Assembly (NCBI GenBank): GCA_002269645.1
Contig: NIVC01003676.1
Span: forward strand, 1-64,000
Length of the DNA stretch: 64,000 nt
Direction: 5' to 3'
DNA from: Macrostomum lignano
Lineage: Eukaryota
In this document: in pieces, positions 48,175 to 61,484 of the stretch
How positions within the stretch are numbered: position 1 is the first letter of the stretch
Layout: every line of letters begins with the position of its first letter
The notes under the pieces: model-generated
Databases searched by the model: none
Told to the model about the DNA's origin: nothing
What the model saw: the letters and a program-made list of their open reading frames with translations, nothing else
Made by a program: the position numbers and the translations under genes

Positions 48175-48585
48175 CTAACAGCCTAATCCGAATCTAAGAC
48201 TCCCCCCTAATCCGCCCTCTAAGAATCCTCCCTAATCCGCTCCTAAGACTCCTCCCTAATCCGCCCCTAAGAATCCTCTCTAATTCGCCCCTAAGAATCC
48301 TCTCTAATCCGAACGTAAGACTCCTCCCTAATCCGCCCTCTTAGAATCCTTCCTAATCCGCCCCTAAGAATCGTCCCTAATCCGCCCCTAAGAATCGTCC
48401 CTAAATTGCCCCTAAGAATCGTCCCTAATCCGCCCATAAGAATCCTCCCTAATCCGCCCATAAGAATCCTCCCTAATTTGCCCCTAAGAATCGTCCCTAA
48501 TCCGCCCCTAAGAATCGTCCCTAATCCGGCCCTAAAAATCCTCCCTAATCTGCCGTAAGAATCCTCTCTAATCTGCCCCTAAGAA
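48175..48585. repeat. ~24-bp minisatellite containing CCCTAA hexamers (CCCTAATCCGCCCCTAAGAATCCT)
   Basis: Directly visible. Confidence 0.92.
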
Positions 48586-48765
48586 ACCATATTCTACTGT
48601 TTCAATTCAATTTATTAACTTAAAGCAACATTCCATTAGGAGTAATAAAGTAAAATATTCTACTGATTTGTTAGTAGTATGAAGAGTTAAATACAGTAAT
48701 AAAATTTTCTCATTCCGTCCTACGAAAAGTTTCGCAGTGCTTTTTTGTTTACTGACTTTTGCACA

Positions 48766-50120
48766 ATGAATTCCTTGCTTAATAAACGCGTGTTGCTGCA
48801 GCTCAGTGTCTTATGCAAAGGTACATTAGTTTCGACTGTTAGTATACCTGTCAGCTAATTATACTTGTCCATCATTCTGATTTTGTCCGCTAGACTTAAT
48901 TTGATCGATGTAAAACATGCGCGCAAATGTTTAATGCAGTTAAAATTTCTCTTTTGTGTGGTGTTAGTTATTTTTGTTTCGCGTACTTTTCTGGCTGTGT
49001 ATCTATCTACCAACTATTTGACTACTAGGTATCCATCTATCTACCAGATATCCATCTATCTACCAGATATCCATTTATGTATCAGATATCCATCGATCTA
49101 TCTTCCAGATATCCATCTATCTAATCTACCAGTTATCCATCTATCTAATCTACCAGATATCCATCTATCTAATCTACCAGATATCCATCTATCTAATCTA
49201 CCAGATATCCATCTATCTAATCTACCAGATATCCATCTATCTAATCTACCAGATATCCATCTATCTAATCTACCAGATATACATCTATCTAATCTACCAG
49301 ATATCTATCTATCTAATCTACCAGGTATCTATCTATCTTATCTACCAGATATACATCTATCTAATCTACCAGATATCCATCTATCTAATCTACCAGATAT
49401 CCATCTATCTTATCTACCAGATATCCATCTATCTAATCTACCAGATATCCATCTATCTAATCTACCAGATATCGATCTATCTAATCTACCAGATATCCAT
49501 CTATCTAATCTACCAGATATCCATCTATCTAATCTACCAGATATCCATCTATCTAATCTACCAGATATCCATCTATCTAATCTACCAGCTACCCATCGAT
49601 CTAAAACGCATTGCTGGCGGGTCTCAAAGCAGACTCAATACCAGAAGTAGCAGCAACAGCAACAACTCAGTCAACATTGCAGCAGAATCGCACTACTCAC
49701 AATATTAGTACAGCTACTAATTGGCAGTCGCCAGCAGCGACAAAGCCTAGTCGACGCTCATTCGACGCTGAATTTGTAGACGATCTCGACGCTCCGAACA
49801 GTGGAGCGGATTCGAGTGCGCACCGCAGCCGCCGACAGACTCTGTGCGTCAGCGAAATTCATCGACTGCTGCAACTGCCGCCTATCGATGAGAATTCTCA
49901 GCTGGTGATGAGGTCCCGGTATCGATTCGATGATAGGGCGGCCGCCGCCGCGGCTGCCGCTGCTAAGGATTGCCCATTGCCCAGCCTCCCGGTGCCTCAT
50001 CAGCGCAGGTTGAGTCTGCCCTCTCTGCCTATATTGGATAGTGTCAGCGAATTGCCCGAGACTGGAGCGGATGCATCTGGTGGTTCTTCTGTGCTCAATG
50101 CGACTACTCGTTCCAGCTAG
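48766..50120 (+). CDS. Hypothetical ~180-aa low-complexity protein, 2 exons (tentative model)
   Basis: Tentative exons 48766-48820 (donor GTACAT) and 49633-50120, phase-compatible. Exon 2 is GC-rich and codon-like with RRSF, RRQTL and RRLSL motifs. The intron contains a 24-bp minisatellite (~49020-49590). Confidence 0.4.
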
Positions 50121-50139
50121 GGCTTTGTTCAGGAATTTA

Positions 50140-50720
50140 GCTTAAGATTAGGCTAATGTCTATGGTCTGGCTAAGATCTAGGGTCTTACTAATGTGCTAA
50201 TGTCTATGGCCTGTCTAAGATCTAGGGTCTGGCTAATGTCTATGGTCTGGCTAAGATCTAGGGTCTGGCTAATGTCTATGGTCTGGCTAAGATCTAGGGT
50301 CTGGCTAATGTCTATGGTCTGGCTAAGATCTAGGTTCTGGCTAATGTCTATGGTCTGGCGAATGTCTAGGGCCTGGCTAAGATCTAGGGTCTGGCTAATG
50401 TCTATGTTCTGGCTAAGATCTAGGTTCTGGCTAATGTCTAGGGTCTGGCTAAGATCTAGGTTCTGGCTAATGTCTAGGGCCTGGCTAAGATCTAGGTTCT
50501 GGCTAATGTCTAGGGCCTGGCTAAGATCTAGGTTCTGGCTAATGTCTAGGGTCTGGCTAAGATCTAGGTTCTGGCTAATGTCTAGGGCCTGGCTAAGATC
50601 TAGGTTCTGGCTAATGTCTAGGGCCTGGCTAAGATCTAGGTTCTGGCTAATGTCAAGGGCCTGGCTAAGATCTAGGGTCTGGCTAATGTCTACGGTCTGG
50701 CTAAGATCTAGGGTCTGGAT
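50140..50720. repeat. 18/36-bp minisatellite (CTGGCTAAGATCTAGGGT / CTGGCTAATGTCTATGGT)
   Basis: Directly visible. Confidence 0.95.
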
Positions 50721-51469
50721 AATGTACCCTTTGACTTTACTCTGGCAGAAGTTCACATCCAGGATGTGAATAATATATATTCTGTACTTCTTCTGTATCC
50801 CCTAAGTTTAAGCTTATGGAATAGTTTTTCATAGTTGTGCGTTTATTGAACTATCTTCCAAGAAGTTAATATTGCTTTAACTTATTTAGCATGCTGTTGA
50901 TCACATTAATGTTTGGAATTATTCTGTGAGTTTCATATTTTTGCCATTCATTTTTAACGTTTTAATAAAGTGACACCCATTCCACTTTTTATTTTCGAAC
51001 ACTCAAATATATATTTTTTTTATGAAAGTCAATAACGATATTTTTGTTAATAAAATTATTATGCGTCAACTTGAAATAAATTTTTTTCTAAGCATGTAGT
51101 TCGCAAGCTGCTTTTGTCGTGTATCGAGTTTTAATTTAGTTGTCTTTGCGTTTAAAAGTTTATTTTTAGATGAAGCATTCAACCTGTGTTTTCGGCCATA
51201 AATCATTGTTGAACATCATAGAGCTGTTTAAAACAATTTTAAAAACTCCGTAAAAACTTAGTTTAAAATACCTATTTATATAAAAATGTCTATGGTAAGA
51301 TATAGGTAGTCAATACAATTGATCTTGCCAGCTAATTTTTATTGTAAAAAGTTAAAAGCCAATATTTTCCAATTAAACCATATTTTCTGTGTGCTATTAC
51401 GTTTTAATTTTTTTTGTCTAGCAGTTTATGTACAAAAATGTATAAAGATTTACTTTATTATATATCTAT

Positions 51470-51905
51470 ACCCCCAATGTACACACGCCTGCTGAGCCAA
51501 CCCCTACTCCCAATCTACCCACGCCTGCTGAGCCAACCCCTAACCCCAATGTACACACGCCTGCTAAACCAACCCCTACCCCCAATGTACACACGCCTGC
51601 TGAGCCAACCCCTACCCCCAATGTACACACGCCCGCTGAGCCAACCCCTAACCCCAATGTACACACGCCTGCTGAGCCAACCCCTACTCCCAATCTACCC
51701 ACGCCTGCTGAGCCAACCCCTAACCCCAATGTACACACGCCTGCTAAACCAACCCCTACCCCCAATGTACACACGCCTGCTGAGCCAACCCCTACCCCCA
51801 ATGTACACACGCCTGCTGAGCCAACCCCTACCCCCAATGTACACACGCCCGCTGAGCCAACCCCTACCCCCAATGTACACACGCCTGCTGAGTCAACCCT
51901 TACCC
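51470..51905. repeat. 36-bp minisatellite
   Basis: ATGTACACACGCCTGCTGAGCCAACCCCTACCCCCA units. Confidence 0.95.
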
Positions 51906-52854
51906 ACAATCTTTTACAAGTAGTTTATTCTTCATTCTCTCTTTTCAACCTTAAATCATCGATTTAGGAGTTCAATAGAAAAATATTTTTAATTGTCCTT
52001 TTTACGTTCAAAATATTGCTTTCTATAAATACCTTAAGAACCTAAGGTAGCTTGTCTCATTCATTACTGTTTTTAATTAAACTACACTATTGTGTTTATT
52101 CAACCTCGTTATACGAGTGCAGTATCGACTACTCATGAGTAGTTTTTTCGGTGTTATATTTTTTGTCGCTTTGTTTTTATAATCTGGCGTGTGTGCAATA
52201 AAAACAGTAATTTTGTTTTTTTTGTAAACGATCTCTACTAGTAAATTAACCATTTTACTGATTATATTATTGTTTTCATGTCATTTATAACCCTTACCGA
52301 CCTATTTTTAAATCCAGCTTTTTGGTTGGTCCATTTTGCTTGTATTATTAAACTTTGTCGTAATGGCTGTTTGACATTTATTGAATTAGTCTACGATATA
52401 TATTAACGTATATATAAGATATTTACTAGTTATACATTATACTTTTTCGAAAAAATCGAAAAAGCAGAACAAAGAATTTTTCTTTGTGTTTTTTGTAAAA
52501 ATTGAACATTATTATTTTTAGTTTAGTATAAATTAATGACTGGTTTTAATAGATTTAGTAAATCAAAATGGGATCTCACAAGTAGTACAAAAAGTGATAA
52601 ATGCGTGGGATGTAGAGATGGGATTAAAATAGCGATGGGATAGGATAGAAGATCTAGGATAGAAGATATAGGATAAGCATATAAGATATAGGATAGAATA
52701 GAATATATATGATGAGAATAGAAGCTATAGTATAGATTAGAAGAGATAGGATAGAGATAGAAGATATAGACTAGGGATACAATATGCACAGAGATAGGAT
52801 AGATATATTATAGTTAATATCGCACCAATCCCCGTTGCTTGCATGTTGCCAGCC

Positions 52855-53454
52855 ATGTCTTCAACATCCGGCGATTCGTCCGCTATACCCGCCCCGGTGA
52901 AATGGGCCCAGCGCAACGACAAGCTGTACTTGACAATCTGCTTGGAGGATGTGCAGAACAAGCAGTTGGATCTCACTAGCAACCGGCTGACCTTCACCGG
53001 GGTTGGCGGCACCGACCGCAAGCCGCACTCCACTGTCATTGACTTCTACGCCGAAGTGAACCCCGACGAGAGTCTGCAGATGGCCAACGATCGCGAGATA
53101 GTGATGAGCATTCGCAAGAAGGAGCCCGGCCCTTATTGGCCCCGCCTGACTGCCGACAAGGTCAAACGGCACTGGATCAAAACTGATTTCAATCGCTGGG
53201 TTGATGAAGACGAAGGACCTGGCGGAGATGAGGATGGCGGCGGTTTCGGCGCTAACGACAACCAACTCGAGTCGATGTTGGCCCAGATGGGCGGCGGTTT
53301 CGGCGGTGCCGGTGGCGGCGCCGGCGGAATGGACTTTTTGAAAGGCGACGAAGAGGACTTCGATTTAGGCGACGGCGAAGGTCTGGAGGCTGACGGACCG
53401 GATGGGAATGGGGAGAAAGACGGCGAGGATGAGGAGATTCCGCCGCTGGAGTGA
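52855..53454 (+). CDS. PTGES3: HSP90 co-chaperone p23 (prostaglandin E synthase 3), intronless, 199 aa
   Basis: PAPVKWAQRNDKLYLTICLEDV, YWPRLTADK, WIKTDFNRWVDEDE, acidic/Gly-rich tail ending IPPLE; AG at 52851-52 just before the ATG at 52855. Confidence 0.95.
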   Translation: MSSTSGDSSAIPAPVKWAQRNDKLYLTICLEDVQNKQLDLTSNRLTFTGVGGTDRKPHSTVIDFYAEVNPDESLQMANDREIVMSIRKKEPGPYWPRLTADKVKRHWIKTDFNRWVDEDEGPGGDEDGGGFGANDNQLESMLAQMGGGFGGAGGGAGGMDFLKGDEEDFDLGDGEGLEADGPDGNGEKDGEDEEIPPLE

Positions 53455-53569
53455 ATCGCTGCCAACAAGCTGTTGCTATAGCTTTGGAAACGAAAATTGC
53501 ATTCGATTTAATCAGCATTCGGCATTCAATCAAAGACTGTTGTTCTACTATATATACTTGCTGGGGAAA

Positions 53570-54530
53570 AGGGGATTAATCTGGATAATCCGCTACCTGA
53601 TGGGATTAATTAGAATAATCCGCTACCTGATGGGATTAATTAGAATAATCCGCTACCTGATGGGAATTAATTAGGATAATCCGCTACTTGATGGGAATTA
53701 ATTAGGATAATCCGCTACTTGATGGGAATTAATTAGGATAATCAGCTACCTAATGAGGATTAATTAGGATAATCAGCTACTTGATGGGAATTAATTAGGA
53801 TAATCAGCTACCTAATGAGGATTAATTAGGATAATCCGCTACTTGATGGGGATTAATTAGGATAATCCGCTACTTGATGGGAATTAATTAGGATAATCAG
53901 CTACCTAATGAGGATTAATTGGGATAATCCGCTACTTGATGGGAATTAATTAGGATAATCCGCTACTTAATGGGAATTAATTAGGATAATCAGCTACCTA
54001 ATGAGGATTAATTAGGATAATCAGCTACTTGATGGGAATTAATTAGGATAATCAGCTACCTAATGAGGATTAATTAGGATAATCAGCTACTTGATGGGAA
54101 TTAATTAGGATAATCAGCTACCTAATGGGATTAATTAGAATAATCCGCTACTTGATGGGAAAATTAATTAGGATAATCAGCTACCTAATGAGGATTAATT
54201 AGGATAATCAGCTACTTGATGGGAATTAATTAGGATAATCAGCTACCTAATGGGATTAATTAGAATAATCCGCTACTTGATGGGAATTAATTAGGATAAT
54301 CAGCTACCTAATGAGGATTAATTAGGATAATCTGCTACCTGATGGGAATTAATTAGGATAATCAGCTACCTAATGAGGATTAATTAGGATAATCCGCTAC
54401 TTCATAGGAATTAATTAGGATAATCAGCTACCTAATGAGGATTAATTAGGATAATCCGCTACTTGATGGGAATTAATTAGGATAATCAGCTACCTAATGA
54501 GGATTAATTAGGATAATCTGCTACCTGATG
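53570..54530. repeat. ~30-bp minisatellite (ATTAATTAGGATAATC(C/A)GCTAC...)
   Basis: Directly visible. Confidence 0.96.
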
Positions 54531-55039
54531 GCGTTTATTTAGGGTAATCTAAAAATAAGTTGTCTCCTTTGACGTTCCATTGCAGTAGTGCGGAGAGATT
54601 ATCTGTGTAAGTTCCTCTTGTTTAAATTTTATCAGTTTTCAACACACGTAGGCAACCCCCTAAGTAATTCAAACCAGTATAATTATATATTCATCAAAAT
54701 TCTATATATATATAACTTAGTGTTTCCCAACTACTAAAGCCGGTTATTTAAGTTTTCAATTTATTTCTTATAGTATAAAACTTGCAATATAAGTTTTCTA
54801 CTATTTGCTACTAATTATTAGTATTGTTTTCTCTTGGTTTTGTACCGCTTACAGCCCATCACACAGCTTTTTGTCTGCTTGATGTTCTTGTCAGTTTTAA
54901 TTAAATATTATTAATATATAATTAATACATGATTTGTTCAGCTTTTTAATTTAGCCAGAGCTTCAATATGCGGTCATATTTGAGTTTCTGGCTTTTGAGC
55001 TGACTTAGTGTTGAAGTTTTTGTCTTGTATGTGTTATTT

Positions 55040-57135
55040 GCGCTAGATAGAGTGAGATACCAGCCTGTAGAATAGGTGAGATACCAGACTGCAGACTATA
55101 GACTTGGTGACTATACGATTATAGTGAGTAAGATACCAGCCTGCATAGAGTGGGCGAGATACCAGCCTGCATAGAGTGGGCGAGATACCAGCCTGCATAG
55201 AGTGGGCGAGATACCAGCCTGTATAGTAGGTGAGATACCAGCCTGTAGAGTGGGCGAGATACCAGCCTGTATAGTAGGTGAGATACCAGCCTGTATAGTG
55301 GGTGAGATACTAGTCTGTATATAGTGTGTGAGATACCAGCCTGCATATAGTGGTTGAGATACCAGCCTGTAGAGAGGGTAAGATACCAGCTTGTATAGTA
55401 GGTGAGATACCAGCCTGTAGAGTGGGCGAGATACCAGCCTGCATAGAGTGAGTGAAATACGAGCCTGCATAGAGTGAGTGAGATACCAGCCTGTATAGAG
55501 TGAGTGAGATACCAGCCTGCATAGAGTGAGTGAAATACCAGCCTGCATAGAGTGAGTGAGATACCAGCCTGCATAGAATGAGTGAGATACCAGCCTGTAT
55601 AGAGTGAGTGAGATACCAGCCTGCATAGAGTGAGTGAAATACCAGCCTGCATAGAGTGAGTGAGATACCAGCCTGTATAGAGTGAGTGAGATACCAGCCT
55701 GTATAGAGTGAGTGAAATACCAGCCTGCATAGAGTGAGTGAGATACCAGCCTGCATAGAGTGAGTGAGATACCAGCCTGTATAGAGTGAGTGAGATACCA
55801 GCCTGCATAGAGTGAGTGAGATACCAGCCTGTATAGAGTGAGTGAGATACCAGCCTGCATAGAGTGAGTGAGATGCCAGCCTGCATAGAGTGAGTGAAAT
55901 ACCAGCCTGCATAGAGTGAGTGAGATACCAGCCTGTATAGAGTGAGTGAGATACCAGCCTGCATAGAGTGAGTGAGATACCAGCCTGCATATAGATTGAG
56001 TGAGATACCAGCCTGCATAGATTGAGTGAGATACCAGCCTGCATAGAGTGAGTGAGATACCAGCCTGTATAGAGTGAGTGAGATACCAGCCTGCATAGAG
56101 TGAGTGAAATACCAGCCTGTATAGAGTGAGTGAGATACCAGCCTGTATAGAGTGAGTGAGATACCAGCCTGTATAGAGTGAGTGAGATACCAGCCTGCAT
56201 AGAGTGAGTGAAATACCAGCCTGCATAGAGTGAGTGAGATACCAGCCTGCATAGAGTGAGTGAGATACCAGCCTGTATAGAGTGAGTGAGATACCAGCCT
56301 GTATAGAGTGAGTGAGATACCAGCCTGCATAGAGTGAGTGAGATACCAGCCTGCATAGAGTGAGTGAGATACCAGCCTGCATAGAGTGAGTGAGATACCA
56401 GCCTGCATAGAGTGAGTGAGATACCAGCCTGCATAGAGTGAGTGAGATACCAGCCTGCATAGAGTGAGTGAGATACCAGCCTGCATAGAGTGAGTGAGAT
56501 ACCAGCCTGTATAGAGTGAGTGAGATACCAGCCTGCATAGAGTGAGTGAGATACCAGCCTGCATAGAGTGAGTGAGATACCAGCCTGTATAGAGTGAGTG
56601 AGATACCAGCCTGTATAGAGTGAGTGAAATACCAGCCTGCATAGAGTGAGTGAGATACCAGCCTGCATAGAGTGAGTGAGATACCAGCCTGCATAGAGTG
56701 AGTGAGATACCAGCCTGCATAGAGTGAGTGAGATACCAGCCTGCATAGAGTGAGTGAGATACCAGCCTGCATAGAGTGAGTGAGATACCAGCCTGCATAG
56801 AGTGAGTGAGATACCAGCCTGCATAGAGTGAGTGAGATACCAGCCTGCATAGAGTGAGTGAGATACCAGCCTGCATAGAGTGAGTAAGATACCAGCCTGC
56901 ATAGAGTGAGTGAGATACCAGCCTGCATAGAGTGAGTGAGATACCAGCCTGCATATAGAGTGAGTGAGATACCAGCCTGCATATAGAGTGAGTGAGATAC
57001 CAGCCTGCATAGAGTGAGTGAGATACCAGCCTGCATAGAGTGAGTGAGATACCAGCCTGCATAGAGTGAGTGAGATACCAGCCTGCATAGAGTGAGTGAG
57101 ATACCAGCCTGCATAGAGTGAGTGAGATACCAGCC
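55040..57135. repeat. 26-bp minisatellite (GAGTGAGTGAGATACCAGCCTGCATA), ~80 copies
   Basis: Directly visible; source of the three 590-690-aa spurious ORFs. Confidence 0.98.
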
Positions 57136-57175
57136 CGATTAATCCTCTTCCAGCAGTTCTGCATTGAAGCCAGCA

Positions 57176-58964
57176 ATGTCCACCACAGAGGAAGGAGTCA
57201 GCGCAGACATCCTGGAGTCAGAGATGGCAGCTGCTAAAGCGGCTTCATCTGCCGAAGAAACAGCCGGTGCTGCTAGCTTAGAGGATGAAGCTACGAAAGA
57301 ATTAGAGGCTATACCTGTGCAGGTGAGTTTTCTTTGATTGTTTTGAAAAATGAGGTCGTTGCCGTAATAACAACGGCATTCTTTGATGGCTTTGATTTAG
57401 GTTTGTGATGACAAATTGGAATGTGATGACAAAATAGTGCAGTAGAGAGGCGACTGTTGAGTCACTAGGCGTCACGTGACTTGCATAATCGTTAAATATA
57501 GTCGTCCAAGTGTTGGCGCTTAACTTAATACTAACTCATAGTTGCTTCATAATAAAACAGGGGTCGGCAACCTCCGTCCCGCTGACCACATGCGGCCCGC
57601 AAAGCCTCTCTATCCGGCCCTCGTGTCCTTTATAACTTCACAATAGCAATCCAGTTCGCTCAATGTTTATGCTTCTTCTTAGCTCTCTTCTCTCCTCTCC
57701 TCTCCATTCCTCTCTCCTCTACTCCTATCTCTCCATTACTCCTTTTCTCTCTTCTCATCTCTCCTCCCGCTCCTCTCTCCTCTCTTCTCTCATTCTGTTC
57801 TCTTCTTCTCACCTCTCCTATTTGATCTCTCCTCTCCTATTTGATCTCACCTCTCCTATTTGATCTCACCTCTCCTATTTGATCTCACCTCTCCTATTTG
57901 ATCTCACCTCTCCTATTTGATCTCTCCTCTCCTATTTGATCTCATCTCTCCTATCTGATCTCTCCTCTCCTATCTGATCTCTCCTCTCCTATTTGATCTC
58001 ACCTCTCCTATCTGATCTTACCTCTCCTATCTGATCTCACCTCTCCTATCTGATCTCACCTCTCCTATCTGATCTCTCCTCTCCTATCTGATCTCACCTC
58101 TCCTATCTGATCTCTCCTCTCCTATCTGATCTCACCTCTCCTATTTGATCTCTCCTCTCCTATCTGATCTCACCTCTCCTATTTGATCTCTCTTCTCCTA
58201 TTTGATCTCTCCTCTCCTATTTGATCTCACCTCTTCTATTTGATCTCACCTCTCCTATTTGATCTCTCCTCTCCTATTTGATCTCACCTCTCCTATTTGA
58301 TCTCATCTCTCCTATTTAATCTCATCTCTCCTATTTGATCTCTCCTCTCCTATTTGATCTCATCTCTCCTATTTGATCTCATCTCTCCTATTTGATCTCT
58401 CCTCTCCTATTTGATCTCATCTCTCCTATTTGATCTCATCTCTCCTATTTGATCTCTCCTCTCCTATTTGATCTCTCCTCTCCTATTTGATCTCTCCTCT
58501 CCTATTTTATCTCTCCTCTGCTATTTGATCTCAGCTGGCCTCTGCTTTGAAACCACCAAAATACTGTATTGTAAATATATGCCAGCAAGCACATTTTTCT
58601 CTTCTAAACGGTCCAGGGTTCGAATCGCGAGTGCACATTTATACTGCGCAACGAGGATCACACGCTCGGCAACGCGCTTCGCTGCACCCTCATGCGCAAT
58701 CCGCGAGTCAGCTTCGCTGGATGCAGCGTGCCTCATCCTCTCACTAAAGAGATCCACCTGAGGATTGTTACGGTTAGCGACGATGTTGCACCTGCCGACT
58801 GTCTGGCCGAAGGTCTCCGGGATCTGTACGCCAGCGCCGAGTCGTTGCTGCATCAATTCGATTCCGCTTACGATGAATTTGTTGCTAGCAATGAATCTGC
58901 CGCCGGGGATGGGGCCGATGTTAAAATCAATATTAAACAGGAATTTATGGGCAGTTTTAACTAA
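57176..58964 (+). CDS. POLR1D: RNA polymerase I/III shared subunit AC19 (RPAC2), 2 exons, 164 aa
   Basis: Exons 57176-57322 (donor GTGAGT) and 58617-58964, phase 0; CTFILRNEDHTLGNALRCTLMRNPRVSFAGCSVPHP. Confidence 0.92.
57558..57622 (+). mobile_element. hAT (Charlie-like) terminal fragment in the POLR1D intron
   Basis: CAGGGGTCGGCAACCT...ATGCGGCCCGC...ATCCGGCCC. Confidence 0.7.
57830..58535. repeat. 19-bp minisatellite (TTGATCTCACCTCTCCTAT) in the POLR1D intron
   Basis: Directly visible. Confidence 0.96.
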
Positions 58965-59729
58965 TTTATGCAGCGTTATCAGGTATTCTGTCAGTAGTAT
59001 AGGGGCTTACAATAGGGCCCTTGGATTGTCCTTGGACATCTCTCATAGATATCATTTTTTTGTCTGGTTCGAGTTGGCTCTGTAACACTTTGTCTCTGCA
59101 CTCTCGGCCATAGACAATAATAGAGGCCAATCAAGTTGGTAAACAAGTCAATCAAAACTAGTCGCGTCACGATCATGTGAGTTGTAGAATCGTAAAGAGG
59201 TTAATTACTTTCAACAACTCAAGTAAAATCAACCTTAATCTATAATTTCGGACATAATCAACACTACTTAAAGTAATACGAGTGAGTATGCATGCTCACA
59301 AGTTAATGGCCGAGGTTGTACATAAAACGTGCTGTTTTGAAACTGTTTGACAATACAAAATACAAACGAGTTTTGCATTTCTACGCGCTCTCAAGAAAAA
59401 GAGGGTCTTGAAGTTTTTTTATTCGACCAGTTTGTCTTAGTTTAAGTTATATAATATAATATATTATATTACTGCTAAAAACTTGCAGTATCTGTTTGCA
59501 TAGGCATCAGTTTATAATCTACTAAGAGTTCAGGTTTTGTATTGACTGTGAATTTACTTTCTGTGAGTGTATAGTATGGAATTTATGGAAAGTATTTGGC
59601 AGGCTGTATATTAAACTATTATCTAGCACAGGTGTATTCTGTGACAGATTTTTTCAGCTTATTTGCAGTGCTCATTGAAATGATTGCCTGATTTAAAGCA
59701 GTGCTCATTTTTCCGGTAAGTTTAAAAAA

Positions 59730-60090
59730 TCAGGAATAGAATGGATTGCTAATCTATCTCTGGTCTGTAGGAATAGAATGGATTGCTAATCTATCTCTGG
59801 TCTGTGGGAATAGAATGGATTGCTAATCTATCTCTGGTCTGTGGGAATAGAATGGATTGCTAATCTATCTCTGGTCTGTGGGAATAGAATGGATTGCTAA
59901 TCTATCTCTGGTCTGTGGGAATAGAATGGATTGCTAATCTATCTCTGGTCTGTAGGAATAGAACGGATTGCTAATCTATCTCTGGTCTGTAGGAATAGAA
60001 TGAATTGCTAATCTATCTCTGGTCTGTAGGAATAGAATGGATTGCTAATCTATCTCTGGTCTGTAGGAATAGAATGGATTGCTAATCTAC
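59730..60090. repeat. 37-bp minisatellite upstream of AIMP2
   Basis: GGAATAGAATGGATTGCTAATCTATCTCTGGTCTGT(A/G) units. Confidence 0.96.
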
Positions 60091-60242
60091 CGCTGTTATT
60101 TTATAAATAGATTAGATTTGCTGATCTATATTTTAATTGAAAAATCTTCAGTACTATTCCACAATTTTGAATTTAAATTCATGCTGCACTTTGACGCGGT
60201 CTCCAATACATTTTAAAAGTTATAAGCGCAATCAAACAGAAA

Positions 60243-61417
60243 ATGAGCAGCATGTACACCTGCCATCCTTTTGTTGACTCCGGCAAGAAAATCGCCAGTC
60301 TGCCCACCTGCATGTACACTGCCCCTAATTTGGTGTCAGTTCAATCCGAATCAGCTGAACTCGATGCCAGCACAATTGCTGCAACCGAAATCAATATCTG
60401 CTATTTGGAACGACTCCGTGGCGACCTGGCAACTTTGATCAGGGTTAGGAACTTCTTATCGGCTGCTACTGCAGGTGTGGCTGAGGTTGAACCTGTGCCT
60501 GTTGCGGCTGTTAAATCGACTGTAATTCAGTCCGTTTCCAGGTAACTAATTCGTTAATTTGGCTGATGTGTTCTGTTATCACGAAGTGCTTAAAAATGAG
60601 GGGTTTATTTAAAATCTAGTTTGCCTGGGTCATGCATTCTGGAAGATATGTTTATTAAGGAGGGTTGACGTGCAGAGATTTCAATATTTTTTACAGTAAG
60701 ACGCCGCCGCAGAAGCCGGAACTGTCCAAGCCAGCAGCTGCATCATCAGTTCCAGCATCCCATGCCCCATCTGCAGCGCCAGTCAGTTTGGCATTGCACT
60801 GCTCCACCAGCCGCCCGCCATTGGCTGTACTACTATTAGTAGAGCTGCTCCGGTCTCGTCAAGGTATCTCAATTTACCTGACCAGTCACGGCCGGGTTCT
60901 GAACGGTTCGGCCGCTCGGCCAGCTTCTCCGGCTGTTAATCGTTTAATCCATCGGCTCTCATTGGCTAATCCGCCTAGGCGTATGTCGGCAGACATCTGC
61001 TTGGATCTAATCTGGTCAACTAGCGATAAAACTTTCAATAACGATTGCTGTCTAATTAATAATGCTTTTTCTGGCCAGCCTCTGCTAGGAGAGTTGCTGG
61101 CTCTGCAATCTATCAATTTGGTTGTCAAGCAGAAGCTGCCAGTTGATCAGCATCTGCTGGATCTGGCTGACCATCTGCAAACTGGTAGGCGAGTGTCCGA
61201 GCAGCTGATGGCCGAACTTTTGGCCAAGAATGAGGATTCGAAACAGTCAAGCCTTGGTCAGCTGCTTGCCTGGTCAGTGCTGCAGTGCCACTCATCAGCT
61301 GCTACTGCTAGTAGTAGCACTAACGGCAATTTAGCAGCTGCTTCAAAGAGATTTCTGGCTAAACTAAATTCTGCCGAGCCGTTTTCTAAATTTGTTGCGG
61401 ATTTAACGGCTAAGTGA
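60243..61417 (+). CDS. AIMP2: Aminoacyl-tRNA synthetase complex scaffold AIMP2 (p38/JTV-1), 2 exons, 339 aa
   Basis: Exons 60243-60541 and 60697-61417 (phase 2). MYTCHPF..LPTCMYTAPNL (cf. vertebrate MYQVKPY..LPTCMYRLPNV), PPLAVLLL, LIWS, LAWSVLQ, EPF near the C-terminus. Confidence 0.82.
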
Positions 61418-61484
61418 CTTGCTATATATGTGGTTTGTGTGCGTAACTATGGCAACAGGCCTGTCAGTGACTTTATTGTGTTTG

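Noticed and set aside
55111-57176. Three 590-690-aa ORFs on the minus strand
   Set aside because: Stop-free readings of a 26-bp tandem repeat. The same applies to ORFs over the arrays at 4.9, 8.0, 14.6, 24.7, 32.8, 49.0, 50.2 and 51.5 kb.
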